NCBI GenBank assembly: GCA_000004695.1
Contig: CM000151.3
Location: 1,856,001-1,920,000, forward strand
Direction of reading: 5' to 3'
DNA length: 64,000 nt
Source of the DNA: Dictyostelium discoideum
Taxonomy: Eukaryota
Positions 1 to 21,420 of this stretch are shown here, piece after piece. The position numbers and the translations under genes are program-made. How positions within the stretch are numbered: position 1 is the first letter of the stretch; each line of letters starts with the position of its first letter. The notes below the pieces were generated by a model. The model worked only from the letters and a program-made list of their open reading frames with translations. It did no database searches and was not told where the DNA came from.

Positions 1-366
1 CACCCCAAAAGAAATATAATTGTTTGTTCAAAATAAATTTAAAAGTGGTGCCTAGTAATATTAAAAAATAATAGATAAATATTGCAAATTACAAATAAAA
101 AAAATGATATCATTTTAATCTAGATTAAATAAACAAATAAAATTTATTTATTATAATGTAATATTTATTTAATTTTATATTTAATTTTATTTTTATTTTT
201 ATTTTGTTTTTTTAATCCCAAAAATTATTTTTTTATAGAAAAAAAAAAAAAGTTTTATTTTTAAAACTTAAAAAAGTATCATTTAAGAATGAGATAATTC
301 TAAAATTTTAAAAATAAAAAAATTAAAAAAATACTTATAATAATAATAATAATTTAAAGATAAATA

Positions 367-894
367 ATGAATATTAAAAATAAAAAAAAATTATTAATAT
401 GTCATTTTATATTAATATTATTTTGTTTGGGAATTATTATTAATTTTATTAATTTTAATTTTGATTCCAATCCAATTTTAAAAATTCATACTATAAATTA
501 TACAATACCTCATTTAAATGGTACAATTTTAAATGATGAATTTAAATATATTAATGAAATATATTATGATTTACATTTTCAATATATTGATATCAAAGAG
601 AGTAAATCATTACTAATAAATCCAAACTATACAATTCCACCAACTTTTGCAACACCCAAATCAATACCAAATAAATTACCATTATCAAAAGTATTAAATG
701 TTCAAAGATTATATTTTAATAAAAATTCTGATCAAATTTATTTATATTATAAAACTTATTTAATTATTCATATAATTACAATATTTTCAACATTTTTTTT
801 AATTTCAATTTCAACATTTTATTTTATTTATTATTCAAATAATAATAATTATTATAAAGAAATTTATGATGATTTTATTTTAAATAGAATTAAA

Positions 895-964
<70 letters not shown>

Positions 965-1630
965 TCGAAAGTCAAAATAATAATAATAATAATAATATTG
1001 TTGAAAAAAGAAATAAAATTTTTAATGCATTTTTTAAAATTGGATTATTGGTTATTATAATTCCAATGATTGGATTTTCAATGTATTTGGTATTTAACCC
1101 AGTTGATAGTGGTTTCAAAGAATCATTTAGAATTCAAGTAAAACAAACTCCAATTTTAAATTCATTATGTTTTGATGCAAATGGTACCTATTTTGGTATT
1201 TGTGAGATTTATTCGAATCAAAATCAAGTAAATTTAGTAAAATTAGATTTAAATTTAAAAGATAAAAATGAAAAGGATGATCAATATTTATATATTTGGG
1301 TAAGTATTTAAAAAAAAAAAATTTATTATAACAAAACAAAAAAAAAAAAAAAAGAAATTTATTAATATAATTGTTTTTTGAAATTATTTGAAAACTAACA
1401 CAACCACAAATTTTATTATTTTTTTAAAAAAAATTTATTTATTTTATATTATTCTCTTTTCATTAAATTTGATTTTATAGGAAAAATATGAAGTGACCAT
1501 GAACCTATTTTATTATAAAACTTATACATTAGCTGGATTAGTATTACTAACATCAACGATGATGTCAGTTTTATTTGCTTTAATTGATAAAAAGAAAATA
1601 AAATTAGGTAGAATACCAATTTCATAAAAA
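367..1630 (+). CDS. Predicted multi-pass membrane protein with a long internal poly-Asn tract; two exons join(367..1299,1481..1630).
   Basis: ORF 367..1311 ends at a GTAAGT donor (1300..1305) right after codon TGG. An AT-rich intron ends TTTTATAG at 1480. Exon 2 reads in frame EKYEVTMNLFYYKTYTLAGLVLLTSTMMSVLFALIDKKKIKLGRIPIS*. There are several hydrophobic helices; the (AAT)n tract encodes poly-N. Confidence 0.5.
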
Positions 1631-1692
1631 TGAGATGAATATATAAATATATATATTTATCCATCTCATAAAAATGAGATGAATATAAATTC
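1615..1692. repeat. Two copies of a short hairpin-forming element (stem catctca / tgagatg, loop taaaaa) directly downstream of the stop codon of the preceding gene.
   Basis: The string ccatctcataaaaatgagatgaatata occurs twice about 45 bp apart. Each copy contains a 7-bp inverted repeat. Confidence 0.4.
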
Positions 1693-1748
1693 ATATCACA
1701 TAAAAAAAAGAGAAGTTAGATTTAACTGCAGTACCTACCACTCTCCCC

Positions 1749-1797
<49 letters not shown>

Positions 1798-2372
1798 GAA
1801 TATTCTCACAAATTTGTGAACATTGCCAAGAATTTGAATTTTTTTTCTAATTTTCAAAAAAAAAAAAACCATTGTAATTTTTATATGATAATGTGATATT
1901 GGAAAAAAAAAAAAAAAAAAAAAAAACAATACATCTATGCAATTTACATATTGGTAAAATTTTATTTAGATTTATTGATTTTCTGTATGTGTGTGTGGGG
2001 TATATCTGGAAAAAATATTTAAATTTTTAATTAATTAAAATATTAAAAAAATAACTTGTTTTTTTATATGATCACTTAATTTTTTAGTGAGCTAAAAATA
2101 AATTTATTTTTAATTTTTTCTTTTTTATTTTTTGTTTTTTTTTTTTTTTTTTTTTTATAAAATTGGATTTTTTTTTTTTTTATTTATAAAATCATTTGCA
2201 TGTAACAAAATAATTATAATAAAATTATTTTTATTTATTTTAAAATTATTTTTTTTTTTTTTTTCAAAAAAATAAAAAATAAAAAAATAAAATAAAACTT
2301 TTTTTTTTAACACAATAATTTAAAAATAATAAATAAATAAAAATAAATAAAATAAATAAATAAATAAATAAA

Positions 2373-6398
<4,026 letters not shown>

Positions 6399-6712
6399 TA
6401 ATAATAATAGTAATAATAATGAAATATAGTTTAAAAAATAAAAATAAACAAAACCTTTTTTGTTAAAATTAAAAAAAGAAATAATAATTGGAAACACAAT
6501 TTTTTATTTATTTTTTTTTTTAAAAAAAAAAATTTCTATAAAAATAAATATATATATTAATATAAAATTATTATTATTATTATTATTATTATTATTTTAA
6601 AATATTATTATTATTATTATTGTTGTTGTTATTATTATTATTATTATTAAAACATACTCTATTTTATTTATTTTTCCTTTTTCCTTTTTTATTTTTATTT
6701 TTTTTTTATTTA

Positions 6713-6746
<34 letters not shown>

Positions 6747-6766
6747 TTATATTTTGAAAGTTTATT

Positions 6767-7021
6767 TTAAAACATTCCTTCATTAGATAATTTCATGAAA
6801 TGGTTATTTAAAGCTGAAGTGAAAAACATATTCTTTTCAACACATTTGTAAACACAGAGTTGTTCTTCATCATCTAATTTTCTAATTCTGAAATTGGTGA
6901 TACAGGATTGGAAACATTTGTTGGTAAGATTAACTGATGTATCAACCATTTCAATCATTTGTAATTTATTTAATTCATTTACAATTCTTTCTTCTTCTTT
7001 TTTGCTTAATCTTCTATCCAT
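6767..7021 (-). CDS. Small mitochondrial intermembrane-space Tim protein (Tim10/DDP zinc-finger family, Tim8/Tim13-like).
   Basis: 84-aa ORF with a twin CX3C motif (CFQSC ... CVYKC) about 15 residues apart. Size and charge distribution are typical of the small Tims. Confidence 0.75.
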   Translation of the reverse strand: MDRRLSKKEEERIVNELNKLQMIEMVDTSVNLTNKCFQSCITNFRIRKLDDEEQLCVYKCVEKNMFFTSALNNHFMKLSNEGMF

Positions 7022-7091
7022 CTTGATTTATTATTTTGATTTCCTATAAATAAGTTGAGGCAAAACGAAAATGAAAAATTTCGTTTAAAAA

Positions 7092-7142
<51 letters not shown>

Positions 7143-7338
7143 AAAAAAAAATTAAAAATTAATTTCACAGCACATAATTTGTTTTCATAAGGTAATAAAT
7201 TAATTTAATTTATTTGTGAAAAATAAAACATATCCTAAATTAGTTTTTGTTTTTATTTTTATATTTTTATTATTAAATGTTTTTATTAGTGTTATGATAT
7301 TTTTATCCATTAGATATATATATATATATAAATATGAG

Positions 7339-7371
<33 letters not shown>

Positions 7372-7482
7372 AAAATTTTAATTTTATTAACACAATTTTT
7401 CTTTTTTTTCTTTTTTTTCTCACAAATGATTCATGAATATTATTTAAAGGTATAAAAAGAAAAACAAATAAATAAATAATAA

Positions 7483-8072
7483 ATGAGTCATTTTCAAAAT
7501 AATCCTTTTTCAAATAATAGTAGAGGAAGTTCAGGTAGTTATGGTAGTTTAAATAATAATTATAATAATAATAATAATAACAGAAGGACTATCATTCAAA
7601 ATGGACAAGTTAGACAAATAAATACAACACATAGAAGTAATGAACCAAAGGATGATGTAGATATACAATTTCTTACATTTTTTACAGTTGATAGTTTTAA
7701 AAGAATGGGAAAAAATTATTGGAAATTATTAGTAAAAGTGCTACTTTGGATGGCAATTCAATATTATTTCATTAAAATAGAATTTGGTGCAGTTTTTTTT
7801 GTTTTTTCTTGTTTTGCATTAATATTATTGAATCTTGGTAAAAGAGATAAAGTAAGTTTAATTTAAGGATATCCTGCGTATATATATTTATTTATTTTTT
7901 TATTTTTTTATTTTTCATTTTTTTTTTAAAAATCATAACTAATTATATTTAATAACTATTTATATAGAATTCATTAAGTGCATACAATGTTTTCAATAAA
8001 AACTTTGAAAATATTTTATTAAGTAAGAGTAAAGAAAGTTTGGAAAGGGATTTAGGTAGAAATACGATGTAA
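7483..8072 (+). CDS. SAYSvFN-domain membrane protein, paralogue 1; join(7483..7851,7968..8072).
   Basis: Exon 1 ends GKRDK at a GTAAGT donor (7852). The acceptor is TATATAG at 7967. Exon 2 encodes NSLSAYNVFNKNFENILLSKSKESLERDLGRNTM*, which contains the eponymous SAYSvFN motif. Upstream hydrophobic segments read WMAIQYYFIKIEFGAVFFVFSCFALILLNLG. Confidence 0.6.
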
Positions 8073-8112
8073 AATTGAAATGGTTTATAAATAAAGCTTT
8101 AATAACCCATTC

Positions 8113-8157
<45 letters not shown>

Positions 8158-8269
8158 AACTTTATATTCAGATGCACACTATTAATAGTAAAAGCAAAAA
8201 ATAAATAGGAATAATTTAATATATATGTATTATTTCATTTATTTATTTATTCATTAAGATTATAGGTAA

Positions 8270-8901
8270 TTGATAATGTTTTATGATAATATAAAATATT
8301 ACCAATATTCATTTAGGGAAGGATTTTGTAGTGGAAATGGAATAAATAAAATAAGTTGCATTTTTGGTAGTAGTATATTTGATGGTGTGGGTGGCATTGG
8401 TAGAAATGGAGATGATAATGGTGGTGGTGGTGGTAGAGTATTAAGAAGAAGAAGGGATAATAATGATATTAATAGAATTATTGGTGATGGTGGTGGTGGT
8501 GATGGTGATTTAATTTTAAATGAAGAGGATGAATTTATTGATGAAGTGGATATTATGTGTATTAACTTTTTTAATTTAAAAAATTTTAAAAAGTTAATAA
8601 AACATAATATTCATTTTATCATTAGATTTTTTGCTTTAATAATATTACAGTATTTATTTGTTAAATTTTTTGGTCCAGTTTGTTTTGTTTTTACTAGTTT
8701 TTTTTTAATATTTAATAATCTTGGAAAAAAAAAATCAAAGGTAAAAAAAAACAAAAAAAAAAAAAAAAAGTTTTGTTTAGAAAATCTAATTAAAAAAATT
8801 ATTATTAATAACAGGATGAAATTAGTGCATATAGTGTTTTTAATAAAAATCATTCAAATCTTGTCAAAGGGCCAAATTTGATTGCCATAAATTTTGTTTA
8901 A
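8270..8901 (+). CDS. SAYSvFN-domain membrane protein, paralogue 2 (tandem duplicate of the preceding gene); join(8270..8740,8815..8901).
   Basis: Same architecture as paralogue 1: FGPVCFVFTSFFLIFNNLGKKKSK then a GTAAAA donor (8741). The acceptor is ..AACAG at 8814. Exon 2 reads DEISAYSVFNKNHSNLVKGPNLIAINFV*. The N-terminus is Gly/Asp/Arg-rich. The true start codon is uncertain. Confidence 0.55.
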
Positions 8902-9231
8902 CATTAAAAATTGGGACACTCAAATTATATAAAAAAAAAAAATGAAAAAAGGTGAAAATAAAAAATTCTTTTTTTAAACCTTTTTTTTTTTTTTTTTGTG
9001 GTTTTTAAAAACAGATATTTTTTTCAATTGTTTTTTTTTTTTTTTTTTTTAATTTCAAATTAAAAATGATTTTTAATTTTTTAATTTTTTAATATTTTAA
9101 TTTTTTTTCATTTATTTATATTAAAATATTTTCATTTATATAATTTGTATTTATTTAAATGTATTATAATTTATAAATATATAATTTTAATTAAGTAATA
9201 ACAATTAATAATAATAATAATAATAGTAATA

Positions 9232-9334
9232 ATGTTAATATTTATAATATCAATAATAATTACTATTGCCTCAATAATATTTTTATTTGAAACTGTATTT
9301 AATAAAAATAGTAATACTATAAATAATAATAATA

Positions 9335-9395
<61 letters not shown>

Positions 9396-9588
9396 TAATA
9401 TAAAAGAAAACAACATAGACAAAAATAAAGAAATTAAAATAAAAGAAAAATTAATTTTAAATAATAATGACCCAAAAGAGAACGATTTAAAATATAAAGA
9501 AGAATTTAATAATTTTTTAAATAAATTTTCAAAAAATCAAGAATATGGTTATAAAGATAATTTAATTGATAATGAATTAAGAAATCAT

Positions 9589-9636
<48 letters not shown>

Positions 9637-12255
9637 GATGATCAATTTCCAAAATTAAAAGACATAGTTTATTTAGATCATGCAGCGAGTACATTAGCAT
9701 CAATGAATCAAATTGAAGAGATATCAAAAGAGTTAAAGAATTCAATGTTTTGTAATCCACATAGTGTTAATCCAATTGGACTAAAAACCAAAGAAGAGGT
9801 TGATTCAATTAGAGAGAACATATTAAACTATTTCAATGCACCCTATAGACAATATAGTGTAATATTTACAAGTGGTTGTACTGATAGTTTAAAAAAAGTT
9901 GGTGAATATTTTGCATGGACTAAAAATAGTAAATTCTATTATTCATTAGAATCTCATAATTCATTATTGGGTATAAGAGAATATGCATGTGAATCAATTG
10001 GTGGAAGTTCAACCACCTCATTTCAACCAATACCCTCATTATATTTTAAATGTAATAATAATCAATTTAACGATATTTTAGAGATTATTGGTAATAATGA
10101 TGATAATAATAATGAATCATATAGTTTATTTGGATATCCAGGACAATGTAATTATTCAGGTACGAAATATCCATTAGAATTAATAAATAGAATTCAAAAG
10201 AAGTATCCAAAATGTAAGGTGTTACTTGATGCAGCGAGTTTAGTATCAACATCATCATTTGATTTAACAAAGTATCCAGTTGATTTTATGACAATTTCAT
10301 TCTATAAAATGTTTGGTTATCCAACTGGTATTGGCGCATTAATTGTAAAGAATGATAGTGGTGAGAAATGTTTAATCAATAAAAAGTATTTTAGTGGTGG
10401 TACAGTTAATGTTTCAATGGCACAGGAAAGATTTCATGTTGATAGACCCTCATTAAGTGAAAGATTAGAAGATGGTACTATTAATTTCATGAATATAATT
10501 TCATTAAAACATGGTTTCAATATTATAAATAATCAATTAGGTGGTATTGATAATGTTAAATTACACACATTTTCATTGACTCAATATTGTAAAGAGGAAA
10601 TGTTGAAATTGTATCATAGTGATAATTCAAAACAACAACAACTTTGTATAATCTATTCAGATAATCATTTTAAAGATTCAAGTAAACAAGGTTCAATTAT
10701 TAATTTCAATATATTTAGATCAAATGGTGAATTATTTGGATATAATCAAGTTGAAAAGTTAGCATCATTATCATCGATTTATTTAAGAACTGGTTGTTTT
10801 TGTAATCCTGGTGCATGTCATGGTTATTTAAATCTATCAAAAAAAGATATTGAACAACATTTAAAAGATGGTCATGTTTGTTGGGATTCAAAAGATATAT
10901 TAAATGGTAAACCAACTGGTTCAGTTAGAATCTCATTTGGTTATATGAATAATTTTAATGATGTTTATAAATTCATTAATTTCTTAAAATCAAATTTTAT
11001 AAATGATCATAAATTTGAAAAAGAAGTTATAAAATCAAATAAAAAAATTAATAATAATCTTTGTGATATTAGTGATAATATTAGTTGTAGTGGAAGTTGT
11101 GGTGGAAGTTGTGGTAGTAGTGGAAGTGGTATTGAGGATTACCAAGTTCAATATAGTAATAATATAAAAGAAGAAAAAGAAGAAGAAGAAAAAGAAGAAA
11201 TTGAAAATTTAAAAAATGAAAAAGATAATGATGAAGTTTTATTATCAGAAATTTATATTTATCCAGTTAAATCATGTTCAGGACATAAAGTTGTAAATGA
11301 TAAATGGGAATTAGTACCATCAGGATTAAAATATGATAGAGAGTGGACAATTATTGATCAAAGTGGAAATTATATAAATCAAAAAAAGTTACCAATTTTA
11401 GCATTAATTCAAACTGAAATCGATTTAATTAATGATAAATTAATTTTAACAGCACCAGAGATGAAAGTTTTATCAATACCATTATCTTATTATCCAATAT
11501 CTGCTTTTGATCAAATTCAAGTTTGTGGTGATAAAGTTGATGGTTTATTATATGGAGATAAAGATTTCTCAAATACTAGTGGTAGTAGTGCTGGTAGTGG
11601 TGGTGGTGGTGGAGGTAATATTGATAATATTAGTGAATGGTTATATCAATTTATAGGTAAAAGATGTTATTTAGTTAGAAAATCACCAGAATCACATAGA
11701 AAATCAAAAGTTGACTCATCAAATGAAATTTCATTTGCAAATGAATCACCATATCTTTTAATTAATGAAGAGAGTGTATCAGATTTAAAAAAGAGAATTA
11801 TAAAGGATAACCCTGATAGCGTACCTTCTGATTGGAATTGGATAAGTAAACATAGTTTTAGAGCAAACTTTATCATCACTGGTGGTAAGGCTTATCAAGA
11901 AGATCTATGGTCACAATTTCAATTAATTAGTAAACAACAAAATGATACCACTCAATCATCATCGTCACCGTTAGTATTTAATTCAGTTGGTGATTGCAAT
12001 AGATGTAAAATGATATGTATTAATCAAAAGATGGGTATTGAAGAAAGAGAGCCATTATCAACTTTAGCATCCTATAGAAGATCAGGTGGTAAAATTATAT
12101 TTGGCCAACATTTAAATTTTGCTGATTCAATCAAAAGAAATAATTCTCATACAAATGATACAGCTTTAAGTAGTAATGAATCTTCAATCTCATCTTCAAA
12201 TCCAATATTTTTACATGTTCCAAGTAAATTAAAAGTTTTATCAGAGAGATATTAA
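9232..12255 (+). CDS. mocos: Molybdenum cofactor sulfurase (MOCOS/ABA3/HMCS-like): class V aminotransferase (NifS-like) domain plus C-terminal MOSC domain.
   Basis: YLDHAASTL near the start of the catalytic domain. The PLP-lysine motif [18 protein letters not shown] is present. The C-terminal half has MOSC beta-barrel features ([45 protein letters not shown]). The low-complexity TM/poly-N N-terminal 140 aa mean the start codon may be further downstream. Confidence 0.85.
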
Positions 12256-12896
12256 TAAAAATTGTGATATTGTAATTTCAAAAATAATTACATTTATTTG
12301 GTTTTTTTTTATTATTTTTATTATTTTTATTATTATTATTATTATTGATCTGAAGTTTCAAAAGTAATTCCAAAAAAAAAAAAATAAAATAAAATAAAAT
12401 AAAATAAAATAAAAAAAAAAAAATAAAAAAAACAATAAATCTTTAATTCTATGTACAATTTTAATTACAACTGATTTTTGATATTATTTTTTAACTGGGG
12501 TTTCTTGAACAATTGCTCTTTTCTTGATTTGTTTTAAATTGAAAGGTTCTTTTGTTTTGATATCTAATTTTATTTCTTTTCCCTCAGTCGAATTGATTGA
12601 TAAAGGTACGACAAATCTTGTTTGTATATAAACTTATATTTTACAATTTTTTTTTTATAATTATTAAATAGTTGGATATATAAAAGATTGAAGTGCAAAA
12701 TTATTATTAAAAAAAAAAGATAATAAAACTTTTTAGGTCAAAGAAAAAAAAAAAAAAAAAAAAAAAATTTATAAAAATTTAATGAATCATTACAAAACAT
12801 CTGTCTGGACAACAAAATTGACCGATTTTAATTTAGTGAGAACCTTTTGTTTTATTTTCAATAATTTCTTTTTTTTAAAATTATATAATTATTCAC

Positions 12897-12945
12897 TTAA
12901 TTAATTAATTAATTAATTAATTAATTAATTAATTATTTAATAAAA
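12897..12945. repeat. (TTAA)n microsatellite in an intergenic region flanked by long poly(dT).
   Basis: ttaattaattaattaattaattaattaattaatt. Confidence 0.8.
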
Positions 12946-12983
12946 AAATTATTTAATTAATTATTTAATATTTAAATTTTTTA

Positions 12984-13035
<52 letters not shown>

Positions 13036-13110
13036 CACTTCCCAAAATTTTTTATTTTTTTTCTTTTTTTTTTATCAATTTTTTTTTTTTTTAATAATAT
13101 ATTTTTATAA

Positions 13111-17250
<4,140 letters not shown>

Positions 17251-17626
17251 TAAAAATTAAATAAAAAAAAAAAATAAAAAAATTAAAAATTAAAAAATCT
17301 AAAAATAAAAAAAAAAAAAAACTCCATCTTTTAAAACACCAAAAGATTTCGTCAAAGATATTTTTTTTTTTTTTTTTTTCGTGCAATCTTAAGTCAAAAC
17401 ACCCAATAATTTTATTTTTAATATTTTATATGTAACTTTCAAATTTTTTTTTTTTTTGAAAAAAAAAAAAAAAATAAAAATAAAAAAAAAAAAATAATAA
17501 ACAAAAAAAAAAATAAATAAAAAATATTGGGCTCGAAATCAAACTTTACTCGAAAAACATTTCACTAAGTCGAAAATTATCCTATCTTACTCTGAATTTA
17601 ATTTTTTTAAAACAAAAATTAAAAAG

Positions 17627-17657
<31 letters not shown>

Positions 17658-17660
<3 letters not shown>

Positions 17661-18892
17661 TTTGGCTCGAAATCGAACTTTATTTTATTAATAATAACAA
17701 CATTAATTTGTATTTCATTGACTCACTGTAAATCATTCACACCTTCGTTACTATCCTCTTCTTCATCATCATTTTCTTCTTCTTCTTCTTCAAAAAATAA
17801 ATATTTATATTCAATTTCAAGTGTAAACCCAAATATAGAATCAGGTCAAATTGTTTTAGTTATAGACCCATTAACAAATGAAGTTATTAAAAATAAAACA
17901 GTTTATATACCCTATCGTATAATAGATTTATTAGATGTTGATGAGAGTTCAAATAGTGTAAATTTTATTTTTTTTTATTTTTATTTTTTTTTATTTTTTT
18001 ACTTCTCAAAAATTTTACTGACCTTATTTTTTTTTTATTTTTTTATTTTTTTTTTTAGTTATTATTTTTTTGTTTAATTAATGATGCAAAAAATTTATTA
18101 TTATCATTAAATTTAGATACATTTGAATTTAAAGAGATTGGTGGAACTTATGGTGGATGGGATTATACATATGCTAGACAACCTTATATCTTTGTAAATG
18201 ATAATGTATTCTTACCAGCGAAATTATCATTTTATAATGCTACAGGTTTAACAGTACTTCATTGGGATTTCACAGATAAGAATTCAAAGGGTGGATCATT
18301 TAAAGTCATTGAGATTCCAATCGATGATTTCGATGTAGAATCTGGAATTCCATCAATGGGTGGATACGATTATGTGAATGATTTATTATATGTAACTTAT
18401 CAATCTTTAAATGACCTTTCAGAGAATAACTCAACATCAATTGTTTGCTTTAACCCATTCTCAAGTGACACAAATTCAACTCATAAAATTCATACTGGTA
18501 TTACCGATTTAATTCCAGGTTATATTCATTTACTTTTCACTGATCAAAATGAAGGTGGTTCTCTTTATGCTCTTTCAAAATCATTCAATACTCAAAGTTC
18601 AATTGAAGTTTGTAAAATCAATTTCCAAACTAATAATTGTGATCAAATTTTATCAAAAGAAATGGGTGCCTATTATAATAGTTTCGATTATAGACCTTAT
18701 TTCATTGGTGGTCCCCAAAATTCTGATTTAATCCTTTTGGAATTCACTGAAAAAAATGCAAAACCTTTTATAAACTTTCAATCTGTAAATTTATTAACTT
18801 GGAATGAATCTTCTCCAACTTTACTTTCAAATTATTGGACCTCAACTTTTGGTCCAACTTATTTAACTTTTACTTTTTTCGCTTATATTTAA
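17658..18892 (+). CDS. Predicted secreted protein (signal peptide, Ser-rich linker); join(17658..17957,18059..18892).
   Basis: N-terminal signal peptide MFGSKSNFILLIITTLICISLTHC. Exon 1 ends ...ESSNS at a GTAAAT donor (17958). A 101-nt intron ends TTTTTTAG at 18058, immediately followed by an in-frame ORF that continues into track ORF 18356..18892. No family assigned. Confidence 0.5.
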
Positions 18893-19233
18893 AATAATAA
18901 CAATAATAATAATTATATAAATAAAACAAAAAAACAAAAAATAAAAAACCACCAAATTTATTTATATGTTTAAAAAATAAAAAAAACTCTTTTTTTAATT
19001 ATCTTTTATAATATTTTAAATTTAAATTAAAAAGTAAAAACAATTTTTTATTTATTTATTTTAATTTTTTTTTTTAGAAATATATATTTTACAGTTTTTT
19101 TTTTTTTTTTTTTTTATTTATTTTTTTTGTTTTTTTTGTTTTTTTTTTTTTGTTTAGTTCATAATACAGTTTTAATTGTATATATGTAATAATACTATAT
19201 ATAATCTATTTGATTTCTTGATAGCTAAACTAT

Positions 19234-19548
19234 TTAAAAGAAGTGACCATGGTGATGACCGTGGTGGTGACCGTGGTGGTGATGGTGACCAGTTTCATAG
19301 ACGACTGTGGTAGTTGGATAAACCATTGGTTGTGGGACCATAACTGGAGCGCCCATCATTGGTGGTGGGACCATAACTGGAGCACCCATCATTGGTGGTT
19401 GACCGTAGATTGGCATTGGTTGAACCATTGGTTGGACCATTGGTTGGACCATTGGGACGACTGGAGCACCATAAACGCCGGTGGTGTAGGTAATGGTATC
19501 ATGATGGTGATGACCGTGATGACCGTGATGATGATGATGATGACCCAT
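19234..19548 (-). CDS. His-rich small protein with (P-M-V-Q)/(PPMMGAPVMV) repeats; member 1 of a 4-member paralogue set in this window.
   Basis: MGHHHHHHGHHGHHHH ... PMVQPMVQPMVQPM ... PPMMGAPVMVPPPMMGAPVMV ... HHHHHGHHHGHHHGHFF*. The architecture (His blocks at both ends, Pro/Val/Gln core, GHFF terminus) is shared with 30873..31127, 31722..31991 and 32648..32929. Confidence 0.5.
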   Translation of the reverse strand: MGHHHHHHGHHGHHHHDTITYTTGVYGAPVVPMVQPMVQPMVQPMPIYGQPPMMGAPVMVPPPMMGAPVMVPQPMVYPTTTVVYETGHHHHHGHHHGHHHGHFF

Positions 19549-20170
19549 TTTGTATATATTTATATGTGTAAAATTTTATTTGTTTAAATAATGTGAAAGA
19601 AAAAAAAAAAAATTGAAAAAAAAAAAAAAATTGTTTTTATATTTATTTTATTTTTTTTTTATTTTTTCTATTTTTTTTTGAGAAATTAAAAAAAAAAAAA
19701 ATAAAAAAAAATAAAAAAAAAAAAATATTTTTAACGCCCTTAGCGATCTCTTGTTTTTTCTGGTGACTTGTAAAATTAAACAAAAAATAAAACTTATCTT
19801 TATTTTTCATTATTTTTTATTTTTTTTCCCATATTTTTTAAAAATAATTCGAAAAAAATAATTATTACATATTATAATAATATGTAGTAAAAAGAAAAAA
19901 AAAAAAAAAAAAAATTGATGTTTTTTAAAAAGTGGTAAAATTTTGTGTGGTTTGAATTATTACCACTTTTAAAATAAAAATAAACTTAAATTTAGTTTTT
20001 ATTTTTCAAATAATAAAATAAAATGAAATAAAATAAAATGAAAAAAACAATAAAATAAATAATAAAATTATAAAGGTAATTTTAGATGCAATATAAAATT
20101 TATTTTATTTTAATACATTTTATTACATTATATTTTAATTTATTATTTGTTTTATTTTATTATTTTTTTT

Positions 20171-20422
20171 TTAATTACTTTCAATATTATGATATCCTCC
20201 ATTGCCATTAATTTTTTTGATGGATTTACTAAATTCAATATTTAATGTTAGATTTGAAAATTCATAAAAGAATGTCACCATATATGCAAATATAGATAAT
20301 GCCGACATAATTTCAAAAATTGCTGCCAAGTTATCGATAAAAAATTGTGTAATAATATCTTAAATAAAAAATAAAATTAAATATTAATATATTTATATAA
20401 AAAAAAGAAAAGAGAAAACAGG

Positions 20423-20466
<44 letters not shown>

Positions 20467-21131
20467 AATATAAAAATTAAAACTTACAACCAATAAATAA
20501 ACAAGATATACAAATTAATATTTTTCTAATTATTAAAACTTTCAAAGGAATATCACTTGAATTTTTAATATCTAGTATAGTTTGAGTTAATAAATAAATA
20601 AAACCACATAAAAAAAACAATGCTGCAAAGATAACATGAACAAGGTTTGCGTTATGAAATTGAAAAGATGATACACCATGCATTGATAAACCACTAATGA
20701 ATCCCATTGATGTTGAAAATCTATTGAATCTTAATTCTTTTTTCTCTTTTTTATCATCAAAATATTCCTTTTCAATTATATTATTCTTTATAATTAAATG
20801 TTTAATAAATACCACAATAATCATTAAAAATGCTATAATTGATAATCCAAATGTTCCAATACAACTTTCTTTTTTTTTTTTTAAAAAAAATAAAAAAAAA
20901 AACAATTAGAATTTTTGTTTAATGATAACTCAATGATTAAATTATATTTCATTTATATATATACATACCTGGGGCAAAATCGATTGTATCACTTATATAT
21001 GGAATAATTTGATCATCATCTCCACGTACTTCAGTTATAGCATATGTGGTGATGAATGTAATCGGAACAATTAAAGATATTATACATAATATATAAAAAG
21101 GTTTTATTTGTGTAGTTTTTGATGAAATCAT
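20171..21131 (-). CDS. DRAM / Frag1 / Sfk1 (TMEM150-like) family multi-pass membrane protein; three exons, approximately join(21131..20969,20868..20488,20351..20171) on the minus strand.
   Basis: Exon 1 encodes MISSKTTQIKPFYILCIISLIVPITFITTYAITEVRGDDDQIIPYISDTIDFAP, containing the family PYISDT motif. Its donor is GTATGT. Exon 2 encodes ESCIGTFGLSIIAF ... HNANLVHVIFAALFFLCGFIYLLTQTILDIKNS (compare DRAM [22 protein letters not shown]). Its donor is GTAAGT at 20487..20482. Exon 3 follows a TTTAAG acceptor: YIITQFFIDNLAAIFEIMSALSIFAYMVTFFYEF ... ESN*. Exon 2 boundaries are uncertain by 1 nt. Confidence 0.6.
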
Positions 21132-21237
21132 GAAAAAAAAAAAATAATTAATTAAGCATTTGAAAAAAAAAAAAAAAAATTAACTAAAAAAAAAAAAAAT
21201 TGAAACAGAGTTCCACCTTTTCAACAAATTTTGAAAA

Positions 21238-21420
21238 AAAAAAAAAAAAATTAAAATCCAATTCCACCGAGTATTATTTAATTATTTAATTATTTAATTA
21301 ATTATTCTGGTAATTCAAATAAAAATTAAAATACAATTACACCGAGTATTATTTAATTATTTAATTATTTAATTGTTTATTCTGGTAATTCAAATAAAAA
21401 TACAATTGATGATGACAAAC
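21238..21420. repeat. Two tandem copies of an approximately 85-bp AT-rich unit in the 5' flank of the DRAM-like gene.
   Basis: The string ccaccgagtattatttaattatttaattatttaatt..attctggtaattcaaataaaaat occurs twice in direct orientation. Confidence 0.6.

Noticed and set aside
7216-7455. Track ORF 7216..7455 and other short AT-only ORFs (1127..1339, 1449..1694, 1735..1929, 20697..20909, 51377..51655, 51728..51928, 58284..58484 5' part).
   Set aside because: They are composed of homopolymer and AT-repeat translation (poly-K/F/I), lie in intergenic or intron sequence, and show no coding periodicity.
19243-19587. Plus-strand ORFs antisense to the His-rich genes (19243..19587, 30882..31169, 31827..32021, 32657..33004), Trp/Asn-rich.
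   Set aside because: They are mirror images of the His/Pro repeat genes (CAT/CAC read as ATG/GTG/TGG). The minus-strand versions have proper A-rich start contexts and consistent stop positions, so I treat the plus-strand ones as artefacts. I cannot exclude the reverse.
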